Shown here: piece after piece, positions 61,793 to 64,000 of the stretch | Layout of the letters: each line of letters begins with the position of its first letter | How positions within the stretch are numbered: the first letter of the stretch is position 1 | NCBI GenBank assembly: GCA_965208105.1 | Contig: OZ242318.1 | Location: 2,144,001-2,208,000 of the forward strand | Length of the DNA: 64,000 nucleotides | Direction of reading: 5' to 3' | From: Candidatus Latescibacterota bacterium | GTDB taxonomy: Bacteria > Latescibacterota > UBA2968 > UBA8231 | The notes under the pieces: model-generated | What the model was told of the DNA's origin: nothing | Database searches by the model: none | The model's input: only the letters and a program-made list of their open reading frames with translations | Position numbers and translations under genes: made by a program

Positions 61793-61799
61793 AAGTGCA

Positions 61800-61808
61800 A
61801 TTATAGCA
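61800..61808 (-). promoter_or_regulatory. Consensus extended -10 promoter element
   Basis: TGCTATAAT. Confidence 0.6.
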
Positions 61809-61847
61809 AGGAATTAGAGAAAAGGAGGATAGAAATGGACCAGGAAG

Positions 61848-62138
61848 TTAGCAGGAATCTTGAGGAGAATCAGGAGGAATATCGCCGCTCCTCATCTGAG
61901 AATCAAACCGATCAAAACCAGAGCCCTGGAGATCCCCAGGAATTGCCTTTACAAGATCCCGGGCAAATTCCAGCATCTTCTGATCTGAAGCAGAAATTTG
62001 ATCCCCCGATACCAGACGGGCTGAATTTAGGTGAATTTCATCTCGCAGTGTGGGATAGGCTTCGTGAAGCGATATTAAGAGAGCGGCAAGATACGTAGCT
62101 GCTAATTCTTTGCCTGGATCACTGAAAGTACATTTCAT
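61848..62138 (-). CDS. Hypothetical protein (cassette ORF B)
   Basis: 96-aa ORF with GGGAGG RBS downstream of the structured element. Confidence 0.6.
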   Translation of the reverse strand: MKCTFSDPGKELAATYLAALLISLHEAYPTLRDEIHLNSARLVSGDQISASDQKMLEFARDLVKAIPGDLQGSGFDRFDSQMRSGDIPPDSPQDSC

Positions 62139-62170
62139 CTCATTTCCTCCCGTAGAAATGTGATTGATTA

Positions 62171-62247
62171 AATGTGTCCCGGCTGGCCGGGGAGAGTTGG
62201 CCTTCAGGCAGCGGATTATCAGTCCGCTATCTTAGCCGGGGCACATT
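62171..62247 (-). ncRNA. Putative three-way-junction structured element, copy 2
   Basis: Closing stem ATGTGCCCCGGCT/AGCCGGGACACAT; inner stems differ in sequence from copy 1 but still pair. Confidence 0.55.
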
Positions 62248-62255
62248 AAAGTATT

Positions 62256-62483
62256 TTACCGAATATGAGAGAGCTTTGAACAAATATCTTTGTAAGCCAC
62301 TTCGCGAATTTTTTCTAAGACTTCGGCAAGCCCTAAAAGATTGTCAGGAAGAACAGAGATGTTTACCAATACATCGAATCTTTTGTCACCTTGGCCACAA
62401 GAGGCAGTAACTTTTAATTTTCTCTTTTGCATATCAATTTCTACTCTATCTATGGTTATATCTTCCAATCGTTTTGCATTCAT
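62256..62483 (-). CDS. Hypothetical protein (cassette ORF A)
   Basis: 75 aa; ATGA overlap with the FGE stop; paralog at 60004-60083. Confidence 0.75.
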   Translation of the reverse strand: MNAKRLEDITIDRVEIDMQKRKLKVTASCGQGDKRFDVLVNISVLPDNLLGLAEVLEKIREVAYKDICSKLSHIR

Positions 62484-63349
62484 TTTGTTTTCTCCTTGAT
62501 TTTCCCCCAGCTTGTTTTCTCGATGGCGGTGGGGTTATCGCCTTCAAGTAGTATCCTGAATCCGTACCATGGCAAGGTGGTTTTTGTAGGTGTGCTATAC
62601 CGAAACGCATGGCGGGTGTACCAGGGATGGGTAGGCCATTCAGCGACGTTTTGAGCGGTACCATCGTCTCCGCCGCGTAGCACAACATAGCTTCCTGGCT
62701 TGGGACTATAGGGGATGGTTGGATCTATTTCAGGCTGATCTTTATAAACTCGATAGCCACGATTGCCATCCCTATAGCCATCACTGGTGAATTCAAATAC
62801 ACCTCCATGCATATCATATAACCCCCACGGGTTGGGGATGAACTGCCAATTTCTTTCGCTCCATTCATCCCCAAACCACCATAAAGTAGTAGTCCCGGCC
62901 CGCGCGGCATATTCCCATTCGGCTTCTGTAGGCAAGCGGAAAGTTAGATCGGTTTGGTCGTGCAAGCGGTCTAAATATTCCTCAATATCAAAAATTTTGA
63001 TATCAGTTATAGATAGATCGGGTTTTTCTACTTCTTGGTCTGGGTCCATAATAGCAAACCATTGGCCTCTATTCACTTCTCTTGTGCCCATATAAAAGCC
63101 CTTGGTTATAGTTACCTGATGCTGCGGGAATTCTGAAGTATAAGGAATGCGGCCGAAGCTGGTGCGAGATTTATAGGAATTATATTCGTCCCATTTCTCT
63201 TTCCATTCTATGGGCGTTCCCATGAGAAATGTACCGGGTTCGATCCATACAAATTCCATAGACTCGCCCCCCGGTAGAGAGACAGTAATTTCCTCGGCAT
63301 AGGTCCAGGCAGACCATACCAGAAAAAGGACTACTATTGATTTTGTCAT
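62480..63349 (-). CDS. Secreted FGE-sulfatase / C-type-lectin-fold protein with SWG tail (cassette 2)
   Basis: Paralog of 60192-61040 with a 7-aa insertion; tail [12 protein letters not shown]. Confidence 0.92.
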   Translation of the reverse strand: MTKSIVVLFLVWSAWTYAEEITVSLPGGESMEFVWIEPGTFLMGTPIEWKEKWDEYNSYKSRTSFGRIPYTSEFPQHQVTITKGFYMGTREVNRGQWFAIMDPDQEVEKPDLSITDIKIFDIEEYLDRLHDQTDLTFRLPTEAEWEYAARAGTTTLWWFGDEWSERNWQFIPNPWGLYDMHGGVFEFTSDGYRDGNRGYRVYKDQPEIDPTIPYSPKPGSYVVLRGGDDGTAQNVAEWPTHPWYTRHAFRYSTPTKTTLPWYGFRILLEGDNPTAIEKTSWGKIKEKTK

Positions 63350-63645
63350 TTTGTTTTCTCCTTCTCTATCTTTTTTACCCTTCTGAGTATTTCGTCTAAT
63401 CTTGCTACCATATCGCCATATCTCTTTATCCTCCACACTCCCCGGATTCCAGTAGTCTCGATTAGTCCCTTTCCCCGTAGGCGAGAAAGTGCGGTAGTGA
63501 TGGAGCTATTAGGCCAATTTCCATTTATCCCGGCTTTTCTCCCGGTGGCCCGCTTGTTCTTCAATAGGGCTTGCTTGCGGAAATAGCCCTGTCCATTGGC
63601 TATTTTCTCGATATAGTCCATCACTGCTTTTTCTAAGGAAGCCAC
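63346..63645 (-). CDS. Winged-helix protein, cassette 2
   Basis: Differs from 61037-61336 at 4 of 99 residues. Confidence 0.75.
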   Translation of the reverse strand: MASLEKAVMDYIEKIANGQGYFRKQALLKNKRATGRKAGINGNWPNSSITTALSRLRGKGLIETTGIRGVWRIKRYGDMVARLDEILRRVKKIEKEKTK

Positions 63646-63759
63646 TATACTTTCTCCTATGTATTTCCCTCACTTTCTGGTATCCCGGACCAAAGGGAAG
63701 GGCTATAAATTAAATATCAGAAATTCCCCTGTTCTCCATATTTAAATTTTTCTATATTC

Positions 63760-63896
63760 AAAAGAGCCGGGAACCACGTGATAGCTCAGTGTCTTCGCTC
63801 GGGAGCGGTTGTTGCCTTTCAGCAACGTGCTACGGAAAAGCTCGCTCCTCCGCGGTAGCTACTAACGACAAAGAGCCGTGCGGTTCCCGGCTTTTT
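63760..63896. ncRNA. Putative 137-nt long hairpin element, copy 2
   Basis: Identical to 61451-61587. Confidence 0.55.
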
Positions 63897-63938
63897 CTTC
63901 GGAATAAGAACATACTGAATCAGATTAGAAAATCTAAT

Positions 63939-63975
63939 AAAAAAAGGCGCTACTTCTTTTATGAAGTAGCGCCTT
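63939..63975 (-). terminator. Intrinsic terminator, copy 2
   Basis: Identical to 61630-61666. Confidence 0.85.
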
Positions 63976-64000
63976 GTCTTTCTTGGGGTTCAGGCCCGGT

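Larger units (their letters stand above)
60192..64000. repeat. Tandem direct duplication, period about 2.3 kb (60192-61691 matches 62480-64000)
   Basis: Offset 2288-2309 bp; intergenic 61337-61691 identical to 63646-64000. Confidence 0.95.

Noticed and set aside
61730-62098. 122-aa plus-strand ORF
   Set aside because: Antisense to ORF B, which has a strong RBS and the cassette orientation; low-complexity product. Not fully excluded.
60090-62165. ATTTCTAC motif resembling a Cas12a repeat
   Set aside because: Only two copies 2 kb apart, no repeat-spacer periodicity and no cas genes; it is part of the RBS region.
60123-62247. Hammerhead ribozyme or integron attC identity for the junction element
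   Set aside because: No CTGANGA/GAAA core, no RYYYAAC...GTTRRRY ends, and no integron integrase.
52100-64000. Complete DGR or retron locus
   Set aside because: No reverse transcriptase or separate template repeat in the window.

Overview
GC-rich bacterial chromosome segment, probably from an FCB-related candidate phylum such as Latescibacterota. That assignment is an inference from the FlgD/T9SS-type C-terminal domain, the cohesin/dockerin modules and the SWG-tailed secreted proteins. The window has three zones. (1) 1-5288 is the decayed end of an island integrated at tRNA-Leu(TAA), with a P4-type integrase, an AlpA regulator and IS110/IS3/IS1595 remnants. (2) About 5289-52047 is core genome: tRNA-Cys/Leu, thyA, pheA, topA-xerC-hslVU, map, nrdR-nrdJ with NrdR boxes, exbB-exbD-exbD-tonB, an ECF sigma/anti-sigma pair, accD, surE, a 1.6-kaa surface protein, rpmI-rplT-pheST-zapB-zapA-rny-ymdB, xseAB and nupC. 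Two core genes here (xerC and rny) have intact reading frames but have lost catalytic residues. (3) About 52100-64000 is an accessory region with five ORFs or remnants ending in a shared SWGxxK tail, a duplicated sigma-factor module and an IS3. It ends in an AT-richer tandem cassette of about 2.3 kb: long hairpin leader, winged-helix gene, FGE/C-type-lectin-fold gene, small genes, a three-way-junction RNA-like element, a leaderless 33-aa ORF and a terminator. The two copies are nearly identical except in the putative ligand-binding patches of the FGE protein. This cassette array is the best candidate for an undescribed system.
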